DNA of 64,000 nucleotides from a virus: IMG/VR virus record IMGVR_UViG_3300047496_000092, positions 1 to 64,000 of that record; one strand, 5' to 3'. Shown piece by piece: positions 17,913 to 27,027 of this stretch (position 1 is its first letter; each line of letters starts with the position of its first letter). The notes under the pieces were generated by a model. It saw only the letters and a program-made list of their open reading frames with translations, ran no database searches and was not told where the DNA came from. The position numbers and the translations under genes were made by a program.

Positions 17913-20596
17913 AAACGCTACCCGATCACCTTGTTGACATCGGTATTGCGTGTGGACTCCTGGCGAAACCGCCGAAACCTGCACCGATTCAAGTTGCTGC
18001 GCCTGTGCGCGAACGTGCAAGCAAGCAGCCGTTTTCGCGTGTCCGTAGTGGCGGCGGTTCGTACGACCCTGACGAAGAGTTCATTGCACTTGCCAAGAAA
18101 GCGCCGGTACACTTTGACTTCAATTCCGACGTAGACCCTTGGGGAAACACTGTCGGTGAAATCTGCGCGACACTCTACGAAGTCGATACATCAGGTCGCG
18201 CCTACCGCCTTAAGCGTTACGACACGAAAGCCGAACTGCTCGAAGCTATGCGGCATGCTGGCGAAGTATGGGACGCTGAAAAACTTGATCGCGTCATCCC
18301 TGCGCCGTGGAAACTCCGTGAAGCAAAGACGCTGGAACGCGAAGCGTACCTCGAAAAGCTAACGCAGGAGGTGCTAGATCGTAGCGTCGCTCTGCTGCGT
18401 GAAGGCAAGTCGTTCAACGAAGTTCGTGCAACACTGCGCGAAGACTTCGCGGGCGGCGGATACGGCGAACCCGGCTACGCAGGGCAGGACTGGGTTACTG
18501 GAAGTCGGGGACAGTACGGTAGCGGCTTCACGTCCGGCACAGAGTACACGCCGGTCATGGGCGGGCCGTGGAGCAAGCAACTGTACCTCGCACAGTTCCT
18601 TGACATGCATGCCAAGGCGTTCGAAGCGTACAACCACAACCCGTTCGCGCACCAACTGATCAACCTCACGACCATGTTCACGCTTGGTCGGGGGATAGAC
18701 CACACCGCTTCGAATGAGGAAGTGGACGAGATCATTCGCGAGTTCACCGACCGCACCGAGTTCTACGCGCGTCTCGAACAGATTGCGACAGACCTGTGGT
18801 GGAGCGGCGAACACATCGTGGAGTGGTACGACGGCGACCCGGAAGATGGTCTGACCGACTTCCGAGAGATCGACCCGTCAACCATTTGGGAGATCGTCAC
18901 CGACCCCGAAGACTTCCGAAAAATCTACTACGCGCACCAACAGTACGCGACGCCTTGGCAGCAGTACGTAACTGGTGTACCGGCAGCGAATCAGCCGCTG
19001 ACCATGAAGTACATCATCCGGCAAATTCCTGCTGCTCAGTTCTCGCATTTCAAGATCAACAGCAGCGCGTTCGAGAAGCGCGGACGTAGCGAACTGTTCT
19101 GCGTTCTCGGGTGGTTGAAGCGGCACAAGGACCTGATGAACGCGCGCATTATCAAGGGTCAGCTTGAAGCTGCGTTCGTGTGGGACATTACGCTCACGAC
19201 CGGCGACGCCGACGTGGAAGCTGCGAACATCCAACTGCCCGACCCGTTCAATCCAGGCTCGACGTTCCTGCACAACAAGTCGATGGAACTGAAGCCGCAA
19301 TCGTCTGCGATCAAAGGCAACGATGCGTCGCCGGACGTTGACACATTGACGACGATGATCGCAGTTGGTGTCAGTACACCGAAGGAATTCCTTGGTCAAA
19401 CGAGCCGTGGTGCGCGCGGTTCGACGCTCGCTGGCACAGAGCCGGGGACGAAGCGGTATGAGACGATGCAGCAGTTGGAGATGCGTATCACCTACGCCTA
19501 CTTCGACCGGGTGATCAAGAACGCTGCACAGGCTGGAACCATCGACCTCGAAGAAGTGCTGGCCGACGCGCGCACGGTGAAACGCCTCGCGACCACGGAA
19601 GGCGAGATGCCGACACGCGACGACGCGCAGAAGCAGATGGACGAGAACGAGGCCGAGGCCGAGCAGAAGGCTCAACAGCAGAACGAGCAGACGATGCTCA
19701 TGGCGAAGCAGCAAGCCGACGCGCTGGCCGGTCAGAACACGAACGGCCCGCTGATCAACCCCGCCAGCAAGTCGCAGCCGGTGCGTGAAGCTGGCTCGCT
19801 CATCAAGAGCGGGGGCGGCAAAGGCAAGCTCAACCCAGCCCAAAAGCGTCGCATTCAGGCCATCATCAAGTCTGGTCAGATCGCTCGCGAACTGATCGAC
19901 CTGTCGTTCCCGTCTATCGCCCAAGAAGAGCGTAGCGCCGTCCTGAAAGACCTGGCGTTGGCCGAGGCGATGGAATGGCTCCCGAAGTCTGTGGCGGCCA
20001 CCATCGCAGCGAAAGAGCTTGGTCTGTCGTCGTACGACTTCCAAGAGGCGTGGTCGCAGATCGTGGACGAGTCGGAAAAGGGCATGTCGATTGCGCACGT
20101 CTTCGGCCAGGACAACAAGCATACGCCGCAAGTCGTCAACGCTCAATCGGTGCAAGAAGAGAACCAGGCGCTGCAGCCAGTGGCAACGCAGCCGATTCTC
20201 AATGTACCGCAGCCGCCGGTCGTGCCTGGCATGAAGCAAGAACCCAACCCCGCTGCGAAGCCTGGCGCGCAAGGAGGCCCTCCTTCCGTACCGCCAGGGC
20301 AGAAGCCGAACAGCGGCGACACGAAGGTCAACAACAAGCTGGCGACACCGCCGGTCAACCCCACAACGCCTACGCCCGCATCTTCAGACGCGGGGAAGAG
20401 TCCGTTCACGTCGGCCGGGAAGAACAACGCCAAGGAAGTTGCGTCGATGCGTTCGGCGATCTACATGACGCTGCTCAAGGAAGCCGTGAAGCCGATGCTA
20501 GATGTCAAAACGTCGCTCGCACGGTACATCCTCGACCGCGACGAAGCACTGAAAGAGTTCGAAGCCGCAGTAGCCGAGATCAGCGAAAAGAAGTAA
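17909..20596 (+). CDS. portal protein
   Basis: An 895-aa ORF directly after TerL (TTGA overlap, GGAGG 9 nt upstream). It is followed by a MuF-like gene. The C-terminal third is coiled and Pro/Gln-rich. Confidence 0.65.
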   Translation: MKTLPDHLVDIGIACGLLAKPPKPAPIQVAAPVRERASKQPFSRVRSGGGSYDPDEEFIALAKKAPVHFDFNSDVDPWGNTVGEICATLYEVDTSGRAYRLKRYDTKAELLEAMRHAGEVWDAEKLDRVIPAPWKLREAKTLEREAYLEKLTQEVLDRSVALLREGKSFNEVRATLREDFAGGGYGEPGYAGQDWVTGSRGQYGSGFTSGTEYTPVMGGPWSKQLYLAQFLDMHAKAFEAYNHNPFAHQLINLTTMFTLGRGIDHTASNEEVDEIIREFTDRTEFYARLEQIATDLWWSGEHIVEWYDGDPEDGLTDFREIDPSTIWEIVTDPEDFRKIYYAHQQYATPWQQYVTGVPAANQPLTMKYIIRQIPAAQFSHFKINSSAFEKRGRSELFCVLGWLKRHKDLMNARIIKGQLEAAFVWDITLTTGDADVEAANIQLPDPFNPGSTFLHNKSMELKPQSSAIKGNDASPDVDTLTTMIAVGVSTPKEFLGQTSRGARGSTLAGTEPGTKRYETMQQLEMRITYAYFDRVIKNAAQAGTIDLEEVLADARTVKRLATTEGEMPTRDDAQKQMDENEAEAEQKAQQQNEQTMLMAKQQADALAGQNTNGPLINPASKSQPVREAGSLIKSGGGKGKLNPAQKRRIQAIIKSGQIARELIDLSFPSIAQEERSAVLKDLALAEAMEWLPKSVAATIAAKELGLSSYDFQEAWSQIVDESEKGMSIAHVFGQDNKHTPQVVNAQSVQEENQALQPVATQPILNVPQPPVVPGMKQEPNPAAKPGAQGGPPSVPPGQKPNSGDTKVNNKLATPPVNPTTPTPASSDAGKSPFTSAGKNNAKEVASMRSAIYMTLLKEAVKPMLDVKTSLARYILDRDEALKEFEAAVAEISEKK

Positions 20597-20600
20597 GCGC

Positions 20601-22004
20601 ATGCTGGTGACGACAGACAAAGATGTTGCGCGGCAGCATCTTCGTGAGGTCAACGCAGCGATAAGCAAGTTGGCGATGAACGCCTACCGTGCTTACTATA
20701 TGACGCTGGAGATTATGATCGCGCGCTACCAGCATCAGATGTGGCGAACGATCATGTCGTACGAACCTCGTCTCGCTGGTGCAGTGCGCGACAAGTCGTA
20801 CAAGCTGGTCCTGCACGACATGATTCACGACCTAAGCCGTCTCGGCAATCGTGTACTCGCACAGGCAGCAGACGTTGGGTTCGAGCGTTGCCTCAATGAC
20901 CTCAAACTGTGGGGGTGCGTCAGCGAGTTCACGACGCCGGTCGTTGCACCGCCGGGGTTGAGCGCAAAGTCGATTGGCGAGAACGACACCTACCTCATCA
21001 AGTCGCTGATGCCGTGGATGGAAGAGCAACTGCTGGGAGTGAAAGAGCCCAATCTCATCCCAGCACTGCTTGTAGCGATGCACAGTCGCATCAACATGTA
21101 CGGCCACTTCGTATGGCGTACTAGCGAACGAGCGTTTCTCAACGGCTTGCGCGAGTACCAGATCGTGAAGAACAAGCAGCCGAAGATGCGTGAAGCCGGT
21201 ACTGCGTCAAGCGGTGATCACGATCATCCAGGCAGACCTGGTAAACGCGGAGGCTCCGCACCAAGTATGATACCTGGTGTGGCGTTCGTCACCAACTTCA
21301 AAGCTGGCAATGAGTTTGTCGTAGGCAACGGTAGCAACATTGAAACGGTGCAACCACAAACGGCCACTCCAGATCAGCAGCAGTTGATCGTAGACGAGGT
21401 TCGCAAAAACCTCACCGAACCAGGTATGCCCTCACAACTAGATGAGCTTGGGACCGGCTACGTTGCCAGTGACGAAAACGGTATCCACGCAGATGCGGTT
21501 ACGCTCGGCAACTCTAAACTGTATGTGAATCTGACCGCATGCCATGAGGACACGCAAACGTACTTAGGGGAGGACCCAACCGACCCCAGTCTGTCGTATG
21601 TGCCGCCTGATCTCTTCGGCAGCAAGATGACCGAGGAAGGCTATATGCGCATAACCGTTGACCACGAAATGGGTCATGTGCTGATGGCGAATATAACGCG
21701 CTCGCAGATGATGCAGTTTGCCAGCTATGTGACACCGGAGATCGCTAGCAAAATCTCAGGCTACGCTGCGTCTAACATGCATGAGGCGTTTGCTGAAGCG
21801 TACACAGCTTACGTCCACCACGACATGAAGAACATCTTCATACGCGACTACTTCGATAGACTGCTGCAGGGCAAGAGCTTCGTTGAGGCTGCTTCAAGTG
21901 ATCGCTACGACAGCGGCATAGCCGTCATTATGGATGACTTCGACAAGGGTCCGACGTACATAATGAAAGACGGAACGCGGATTCACTACCCGGTAAAAAT
22001 CTGA
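20601..22004 (+). CDS. MuF-like minor head protein fused, via a junction motif, to an anthrax-lethal-factor-like (M34/ATLF) zincin
   Basis: SRINMYGHFVWRTSERAFLNG is MuF-like. Junction motif at 21192-21257. HEMGH lies at 21663-21677, with a downstream HEAFAEAYTAY. Confidence 0.65.
   Translation: MLVTTDKDVARQHLREVNAAISKLAMNAYRAYYMTLEIMIARYQHQMWRTIMSYEPRLAGAVRDKSYKLVLHDMIHDLSRLGNRVLAQAADVGFERCLNDLKLWGCVSEFTTPVVAPPGLSAKSIGENDTYLIKSLMPWMEEQLLGVKEPNLIPALLVAMHSRINMYGHFVWRTSERAFLNGLREYQIVKNKQPKMREAGTASSGDHDHPGRPGKRGGSAPSMIPGVAFVTNFKAGNEFVVGNGSNIETVQPQTATPDQQQLIVDEVRKNLTEPGMPSQLDELGTGYVASDENGIHADAVTLGNSKLYVNLTACHEDTQTYLGEDPTDPSLSYVPPDLFGSKMTEEGYMRITVDHEMGHVLMANITRSQMMQFASYVTPEIASKISGYAASNMHEAFAEAYTAYVHHDMKNIFIRDYFDRLLQGKSFVEAASSDRYDSGIAVIMDDFDKGPTYIMKDGTRIHYPVKI
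21192..21257 (+). repeat. junction motif copy 1
   Basis: EAGTASSGDHDHPGRPGKRGGS, in frame in gene 20601..22004. Confidence 0.9.
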
Positions 22005-25000
22005 TGGCTGCACTGCAAGCACTGTTTGTCGGTGCAGACGATAGCGAGACGTGTGCCGGTTGCGAAGACGCGATGGACGGCAACCCGTATGACGTAGACG
22101 ATTGTCCTGAACCCGGCTCGTTCGAATGCATGTCGCGGTGCAGACACATGATTCAGCTTGTCGGCGGGGATGAAGACGACGACGAAGCCGAGGGTCCAAC
22201 GCTACGCTATGTCGGCAGTGTTGGCTTTGAACCGAACAACACACCGTTCTCGGCATTCCCCTCGCTCGTTGACGAAGACGTTCCCGAAGTACCGACGCCT
22301 GAAGGCCATGAGCAGATGGCGAAAGCGAGTGCAGAGCCCAACCTTGACGACTGGGAACAGAACCCGACTGCGCTCAACGAACTGCTCGGCATCAACTTCG
22401 CCGATCTGTCAAACGACGACATCCAAACGCTCGCCTACAAGATCATCAACACCGGGCTCGACCCCGAAGACATCGTAGACGGCCTCGCGCTTACACCGGA
22501 CGAAGCCGATAAGCTGACCGCAGCCGCTGAAGATGCTGAAGGCGAATTGGTTGACGACTTCGGCGATATGTACATTGCCGAACTGTTGGATGACGGCAGC
22601 GATGTTCGTATCTTCGACATGATGCAGAACAACCATCGCATCCACGACATCATCTTAGCGATGGCATCGGCCGGATTCGATGACGAGCATGCGAATCAAG
22701 CGATCACACTCGCATCGGTCATCAACATGTTTGCTTCAGGTGCGGTCGCATACATCGGTCAAGATGGCCGTTGGTATGTGACGGTTCCGACCGGCTTTCA
22801 AGAATCGCTGCGTGAAGGTGGAGCAGGGAGTGGCGATCATGGTCATGCTGACGTACCTGGTCGGCGTGGTGGCAGCGCACCAGCAACGACGCGCCACTAT
22901 CTGATCAGTGGTCGTGTGCAAGGCGTCAAGTTTCGTGCGAACGCCATCGACGCAGCCAATCAGTTAGGCATCCACGCAGATGCGCGCAATTTGCCTAGCT
23001 CGCAGGTCGAGATTCAAGCTAGCGGCGACCCCGACAAGCTAGATCAGTACGAAGCGTACCTGCACAAAGGCAACCCCGGCTCTATCGTGACCAGCGTTTC
23101 AACACTGCCGGGGACGATGAAATCGCTATCGGAATTCAACCCAGGTGAGATTGGGCCTGATCGCAAGAACTTCAGTAGCGAGGAAGAGTTCAACAACTAC
23201 TTCGGCTTCACGAAGGTTGCTGGCGGTAAGCTCGGTGACGGTGTAAGCTGCACAGCGTACTACGAGCGTCCGATCACGCTCTCGACGCGGTTCCTTGCGT
23301 CATTGCCGCGTCGCTATCAAGCATCGACGTATTCAGCCTGGAACGCTAAGTATAACGACCCTAATCATGTGCAGTGGAATCGTGTTGACGCTATTGCAGA
23401 CGAGATTCGTCAGCGTCACTATGGCGATGTCGTCACCGTACAGGTCACACCAGACGGCAAGCCGACCATCAGTGAAGGCCAGTGGATTATAGACAAAGCC
23501 GAGAAGGATGGCTCGAAGAACATTCGTACCGTCGTGCAGTTCTTTGGCGGTGGCGAAGGCTTGTGGACGCCATACAACCACCTGCAAGAGTCGCTGCGTG
23601 AAGGCGGTGCAGGTAGCGGCGATTACGGTCACGCAGGCCGACCCGGAAAAGTTGGAGGTAGTCTCGGAACAGATCGACAGATCAGTGACGACTATGCTGC
23701 GAACTTATCTAGAATCGACCCTATCGTGAAATCCTTCGTAGACGACAATGTGACTACGGAGAACTTTGACGGCATTTTGTACCGTACAGCGCGTACGGCT
23801 AGAGATGCCGACGAGATTAAGCAGGGCCGAAAATTCTACAACACAGACGCTGAGTCAGGAACGTACGGGCCAGGACTGTACTTTGCTAGCCTAGAGAAAT
23901 CGGCTGAGATGTACGGTAAGTGGATGTTCAAAGTGCATGTGACGGCTAAACTAGCCTCAATGGATAGAAAAGCCTACATGAAGCTTCTTGGTGCAATCTA
24001 CGCAGGTGGAGAAGACGGCGATGAGCTAGCTAAGAATCTTATAGCAGACTGGTTTCAATCGCACGGCTACGATGGTATACGCATTCGCAATGTTGTGCCT
24101 AACACTGCGCGCACAAACGATGGCGATTACATCGTAGACTTCAAAGCTGATCAGACATTGAAAGGCTTCGTTGAAGCAGAAGCTGGTGCTGTTGATGCTG
24201 TCATTCTGTGGAAGCGTTCATTACTTGAAGGCGGTGCAGGCAGTGGCGATCACGGACATGCTGGCCGTAAAGGATTCGTCGGGGGTAGTGCGCGTGGGTA
24301 CAGTGCAGATACCCTGACCGGCTACAGCGATGATTCGATGCACGGCTACAGTTCAGACTCAACGAGCGGCTACAGCAATGATTCGACAACCGGCTCAAGT
24401 GCATGGGCAAATCCGTTCACTACGATGTCAACTGGGACGCCTGAAGTTACCGTCAATCCGTTCAAAGGCTTCGACGGAATCAAAACTTTTCGGGGCACAG
24501 ATGAGCAACTATCCCAGGTTGGCGACATTCTTCAACGGTTCGTACCGCCAGCCATGCGATCACAGATCAACGGCAACATCTTCTGTCTCACGCCTGACGA
24601 GAAATTCGTTGGCGTCTCACCATCGCTCACAGCAATGCAGAATGCAGGCAAACTTGGTGTTAACCTAGACGCGCTGCAGCTTGGTGGACTGACGGTGTAC
24701 GGCGACAAAACGCTCTACATCAGATCAGGGCAGATTACCGACACGACCGTCATCCATGAGATGGGGCATCTCTACGATCAGACGCTTGGTGACGGCAAGA
24801 AGCTGTACTCTGAATTGTCGGGGTCAGAAGTCAACGAGGCATGGCAGGACGCGAACAACAACCCCAACGGTTCGCTTGCCGATCACTTCGTCACGCCGTA
24901 CGCAAGCAAAGGAACGGACGAATTCTTCGCTGAATCGTTCCGTGCCTACTGTGGTGCCAACAGCTATCTGTTCGAAAGCAAGTTTCCGAACATGATTGCA

Positions 25001-25069
25001 GATCGCGCCAAACTCATAAAGACGGAGCCAAGAATGTTCCGCTTCTTCAGCAACAAGAACGTCGCATGA
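22004..25069 (+). CDS. polyvalent protein: MuF-type Zn ribbon / acylphosphatase-like / PARP-like ART / GYSxDSxx repeats / ATLF-like zincin
   Basis: A 1021-aa ORF with three junction motifs. HYLISGRVQGVKFR...VEIQASG is acylphosphatase-like. GPGLYFASLEKSAEMYG...GDYIVDF is PARP-like. VIHEMGHLYD...YASKGTDEFFAESFRAY is ATLF-like. Confidence 0.75.
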   Translation: MAALQALFVGADDSETCAGCEDAMDGNPYDVDDCPEPGSFECMSRCRHMIQLVGGDEDDDEAEGPTLRYVGSVGFEPNNTPFSAFPSLVDEDVPEVPTPEGHEQMAKASAEPNLDDWEQNPTALNELLGINFADLSNDDIQTLAYKIINTGLDPEDIVDGLALTPDEADKLTAAAEDAEGELVDDFGDMYIAELLDDGSDVRIFDMMQNNHRIHDIILAMASAGFDDEHANQAITLASVINMFASGAVAYIGQDGRWYVTVPTGFQESLREGGAGSGDHGHADVPGRRGGSAPATTRHYLISGRVQGVKFRANAIDAANQLGIHADARNLPSSQVEIQASGDPDKLDQYEAYLHKGNPGSIVTSVSTLPGTMKSLSEFNPGEIGPDRKNFSSEEEFNNYFGFTKVAGGKLGDGVSCTAYYERPITLSTRFLASLPRRYQASTYSAWNAKYNDPNHVQWNRVDAIADEIRQRHYGDVVTVQVTPDGKPTISEGQWIIDKAEKDGSKNIRTVVQFFGGGEGLWTPYNHLQESLREGGAGSGDYGHAGRPGKVGGSLGTDRQISDDYAANLSRIDPIVKSFVDDNVTTENFDGILYRTARTARDADEIKQGRKFYNTDAESGTYGPGLYFASLEKSAEMYGKWMFKVHVTAKLASMDRKAYMKLLGAIYAGGEDGDELAKNLIADWFQSHGYDGIRIRNVVPNTARTNDGDYIVDFKADQTLKGFVEAEAGAVDAVILWKRSLLEGGAGSGDHGHAGRKGFVGGSARGYSADTLTGYSDDSMHGYSSDSTSGYSNDSTTGSSAWANPFTTMSTGTPEVTVNPFKGFDGIKTFRGTDEQLSQVGDILQRFVPPAMRSQINGNIFCLTPDEKFVGVSPSLTAMQNAGKLGVNLDALQLGGLTVYGDKTLYIRSGQITDTTVIHEMGHLYDQTLGDGKKLYSELSGSEVNEAWQDANNNPNGSLADHFVTPYASKGTDEFFAESFRAYCGANSYLFESKFPNMIADRAKLIKTEPRMFRFFSNKNVA
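22814..22876 (+). repeat. junction motif copy 2
   Basis: EGGAGSGDHGHADVPGRRGGS, in frame in gene 22004..25069. Confidence 0.9.
23600..23662 (+). repeat. junction motif copy 3
   Basis: EGGAGSGDYGHAGRPGKVGGS. Confidence 0.9.
24227..24289 (+). repeat. junction motif copy 4
   Basis: EGGAGSGDHGHAGRKGFVGGS. Confidence 0.9.
24296..24403 (+). repeat. in-frame 24-nt tandem repeat (about 4.5 units) encoding GYSxDSxx
   Basis: GYSADTLT GYSDDSMH GYSSDSTS GYSNDSTT GSSA; ggctacagc recurs every 24 nt. Confidence 0.85.
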
Positions 25070-27027
25070 AGCAACTGATCGCATCCGGCTCAAACCTTGA
25101 GACTGGCATGCTGGTTCGCGTGTACGACGACGGCTCTGTCGAACATGAGCAGTCTGTCAATCTGTTTGAAGGTGGTGCAGGTAGCGGTGATCACGATCAT
25201 CCTGGTCGCCCTGGAAAAGTTGGCGGCTCAGCACCGCTTGGTCTTGATCGTAAAATCAGCGATGTGTACGCGAAGCTCAACCCAAGAGTTGGGGCGAAGA
25301 TGGAAGAACTTGTCGCGAAGAACGTCAAGGCCACGAACTTCGACGGCGCACTCTATCACGCCATGCACAAAGGCGAGCATGCGGACAACCTAAAGCACGG
25401 TATAGATCGGTTCTACAATACGGACGACAAAGGCGCGTATGGCCCAGGGCTCTACTTTGCTTCGCTTAAAAAAGAGGCGGCTAACTACGGCGACGCCATG
25501 TTCAAAGTGCATGTTGTTGCTAAGCTAGCCGACATGTCATCTGAGCAGTACATGACGCTTGCGACTACGATGCAATCCGCTATGAGAGGACATACAAAAG
25601 TAGACGAGGTTACTGAAACCACTAACAATTACATTGCCGATTGGTTTCAGTCGCACGGTTACGACGGTATGCGTGTCCGTGATGTTGGTGGGCGCTTTGC
25701 CACTTACAGCAACGGCGACTACATTGTTGACTTCAATGCCGGTAAGACGCTAAAGAATCTTGAGTCTCAAGCAGATGCCCCTGTCGTTGATCTTGTTGTA
25801 TTGTGGAAGCGTCCATCATCGCTGACTGAATCTGGAACAGCTTCAAGCGGCGATCATGGGCATGCTGGCCGAAAAGGTCAAGTTGGCGGCTCGCTGTCTA
25901 GTGCTGATCAAGGGCTCAAAGACTACATTGACATGTACGTCAAACTCAAAGAGCTACACCCAAAGATGGTACTGTCGCCGCTGATCGAGAAGCTATTGGC
26001 GGGAGATGGCAAATTCTACACGCCACAAACACTACCGTCTCAATACTCCAAAGGCACACCGAAAAACTGCTTTCAAGATGCCGCTAACCTTGCAATGGAC
26101 CATCCTGATTTGACATACGTCGAGGGGTACGCAACGACCGGCATCATCCCAGTTCATCATGCATGGTGCGCTGACAAAGACGGTAAGGTGATCGACCCAA
26201 CATGGGCGGCGCTAGGCGATAATGACGAAGGTATAGAGCATCGTTCGTACTACGGTATCCCAATTCCGACTGACGAGTTGACTGCACGAATCATCAAGAA
26301 GAAAACGTGGGGATTCTTCGAAACTGACTATCCAGTAGACGAAGCAACACTGCGTGAAGTCGGCACGTCGTCAAGTGGTGATCGTGGTCATGCTGGTCGT
26401 AAAGGTAAGGTTGGCGGTAGTACACCAGGTTCAGACAGTCAAGACGCTTCCAGCACTCGCGAAGTCCCAAACTTCCCCGGTTTGAAGTTTGTCGGTAGTC
26501 AAAAAGATGCTGACACGTTTGCTGAAGTGGTGAACAAGTACGTCCCCGAGAAGATCAAAGAGCAGATCACTGGTAAGATCATGTTCTTGAACGACAAGTT
26601 TTACTGGCAAGTATCAGATGAACTAAAGAAGCACAGGCTCTTCCTAATGAGTCAAAATCCGGCAGGCGTTACCGTTGTAGCCGAAAATGCGATTTACTAC
26701 AGAGATACAAGTCCGTTCACGATCATCCATGAACTAGGCCATCTCTACGATTTGTCGTTAGGCGGTGGCAAACAGTACTTGTCATCTCAAACAGGTACAC
26801 TGCCGTATGAAACGTACGCGAACATTACGAGCAATCTTGAGAGCAAAGAGACGTTCGTTGATCAGTACGCAAGTACGGGGCGCGATGAGTTTTTCGCCGA
26901 GAGTTTTCGAGCATTTACTGACGCACCCGTACCTGAAGGAACCGCACCTGATTGGCAGGTCAGTAAATCTAAACTCAAAAAGTCAACACCAAGCATGTAC
27001 AAATTCTTCGAGGATAAGGCGAAATGA
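25066..27027 (+). CDS. polyvalent protein: PARP-like ART / transglutaminase-like Cys-His-Asp fold / ATLF-like zincin
   Basis: A 653-aa ORF with three junction motifs. ALYHAMH...GPGLYFASLKKEAANYG...GDYIVDF is PARP-like. NCFQDAANLA...VHHAWC...VIDPTW is transglutaminase-like. IIHELGHLYD...YASTGRDEFFAESFRAF is ATLF-like. Confidence 0.75.
   Translation: MKQLIASGSNLETGMLVRVYDDGSVEHEQSVNLFEGGAGSGDHDHPGRPGKVGGSAPLGLDRKISDVYAKLNPRVGAKMEELVAKNVKATNFDGALYHAMHKGEHADNLKHGIDRFYNTDDKGAYGPGLYFASLKKEAANYGDAMFKVHVVAKLADMSSEQYMTLATTMQSAMRGHTKVDEVTETTNNYIADWFQSHGYDGMRVRDVGGRFATYSNGDYIVDFNAGKTLKNLESQADAPVVDLVVLWKRPSSLTESGTASSGDHGHAGRKGQVGGSLSSADQGLKDYIDMYVKLKELHPKMVLSPLIEKLLAGDGKFYTPQTLPSQYSKGTPKNCFQDAANLAMDHPDLTYVEGYATTGIIPVHHAWCADKDGKVIDPTWAALGDNDEGIEHRSYYGIPIPTDELTARIIKKKTWGFFETDYPVDEATLREVGTSSSGDRGHAGRKGKVGGSTPGSDSQDASSTREVPNFPGLKFVGSQKDADTFAEVVNKYVPEKIKEQITGKIMFLNDKFYWQVSDELKKHRLFLMSQNPAGVTVVAENAIYYRDTSPFTIIHELGHLYDLSLGGGKQYLSSQTGTLPYETYANITSNLESKETFVDQYASTGRDEFFAESFRAFTDAPVPEGTAPDWQVSKSKLKKSTPSMYKFFEDKAK
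25168..25230 (+). repeat. junction motif copy 5
   Basis: EGGAGSGDHDHPGRPGKVGGS, in gene 25066..27027. Confidence 0.9.
25828..25893 (+). repeat. junction motif copy 6
   Basis: ESGTASSGDHGHAGRKGQVGGS. Confidence 0.9.
26356..26421 (+). repeat. junction motif copy 7
   Basis: EVGTSSSGDRGHAGRKGKVGGS. Confidence 0.9.

Noticed and set aside
18878-20272. A 464-aa minus-strand ORF
   Set aside because: It is antisense to the portal gene, Arg/Leu/His-rich and low-complexity, and interrupts an otherwise unidirectional, overlap-coupled operon.
21192-26421. Seven dispersed ~66-nt repeats that might superficially suggest a CRISPR-like or other non-coding repeat array
   Set aside because: All copies are in frame inside three long ORFs, are separated by 600-800 nt of unrelated coding sequence, and are conserved better as peptide than as DNA. 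They are reported instead as a protein junction motif.
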